A DNA stretch of 64,000 nucleotides. Origin: Hydrolagus colliei (lineage: Eukaryota). Location: assembly GCA_035084275.1 (NCBI GenBank), contig CM068755.1:10230001-10294000 (forward strand), written 5' to 3'. Below the pieces are notes generated by a model, which did no database searches, was not told where the DNA came from, and was given only the letters and a program-made list of their open reading frames with translations. Within the stretch, counting starts at the first letter, position 1. Each line of letters starts with the position of its first letter. The translations under genes were made by a program, and so were the position numbers. Positions 63,270 to 64,000 of this stretch are shown piece by piece.

Positions 63270-63460
63270 TAGGTGCATTTATACAGCTCCGCTCGTGCAG
63301 GATGGCGTCCCAGAGCGCTTGACAATGGCGGAGATGGGTGAGAGGGAAGTGACTATAGGCACAGTCAAATAAGGAGGTCTTGAGGCGCGACCTGAAAATG
63401 GGGAAGGAAGGTGGAAAGCATAGGGATCAAAGAAGGGTGTTCCAGAGTTTTGGGGGCAAT
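63270..63460 (-). mobile_element. L2-like 3' end relic
   Basis: TGCATTTATACAGCTCC...CGTCCCAGAGCGCTT...GGTCTTGAGG...TTCCAGAGTTTTGGGGGC. Confidence 0.65.
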
Positions 63461-64000
63461 CATTCACTATCATTCACAGCAATTGAGGGGGCAAAACAGT
63501 TACAATGCCTGCATTTTTACCATATCGTATACAAACAAATACTGACTGCAAAGGTGGTGATGGAATATTTCCACGTTCGACTTGTTCATTTTACTTCTAC
63601 TGCAATTCTTTTAGAAAACTAGTTCCTGAAATCTGCTTTGCATTAGGCCCATTTTGACAGCTGTAGGTCTACCGAAACATGCCCTCTGTGTTATTATTGC
63701 CCTGGAATTTCTTGCCTGCTTTCTGCTCCACTTGGCTCCAGCTGGAGTCACAAAGCTCTGTAAATACAGAGTTGTCCCAAACCTTTAAGTAGATTTAGTC
63801 AAAGTAAATCCTCCCCATCTCTAAACAACATGATGTTTATATTTACAGCTCGGATTCCAATGCAATCGTTCCTCCTTCGGAGATAATAAATAAGAAGACA
63901 CTCCCTTTATTGCAAAACACAATATGTTTGATTTTGTTTCGCTTATCCTAAGCTAGATTTTTCAATGAGCTATAATTTATGATGACATTTTCAGTTATGA

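Noticed and set aside
47200-64000. Exons of LRRK1 or another downstream gene
   Set aside because: No ORF or exon with recognisable protein similarity on either strand; short ORFs there derive from repeats or look random. Small exons could have been missed by eye.
1-64000. Prokaryotic systems such as CRISPR arrays, operons or defence islands
   Set aside because: The window is spliced vertebrate DNA; no regularly spaced repeat-spacer array or bacterial-type gene is present.

Overview
Vertebrate genomic DNA, most likely a cartilaginous fish judging by the repeat types (inferred, not proven). Three spliced genes lie on the + strand in the same order as at the human locus: the last four coding exons of SNRPA1 (347-2040), a complete six-exon SELENOS (3724-6621, 187 aa), and CHSY1 (13776-14651 joined to 42896-44485, 821 aa). 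SELENOS has an in-frame UGA-selenocysteine at 6613-6615 and a type II SECIS at about 6881-6950, neither visible in the ORF track. CHSY1 has only two coding exons, split by a 28.2-kb intron. The rest is intron or intergenic DNA full of tRNA-derived Deu-type SINEs, L2 and CR1 LINE relics, and one TA-targeting MITE nested in a SINE tail. I found no convincing wholly new gene system. The most interesting signals are: apparent absence of the first human CHSY1 coding intron; an array of eight GTRAGT donor motifs plus an in-frame stop right after CHSY1 exon 1; a uORF- and G4-rich CHSY1 leader; UPR-type motifs upstream of both SELENOS and CHSY1; and a reciprocally nested inverted duplication involving two L2 tails. 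Repeat family names and comparisons with human are from memory and need database confirmation; repeat boundaries are approximate.
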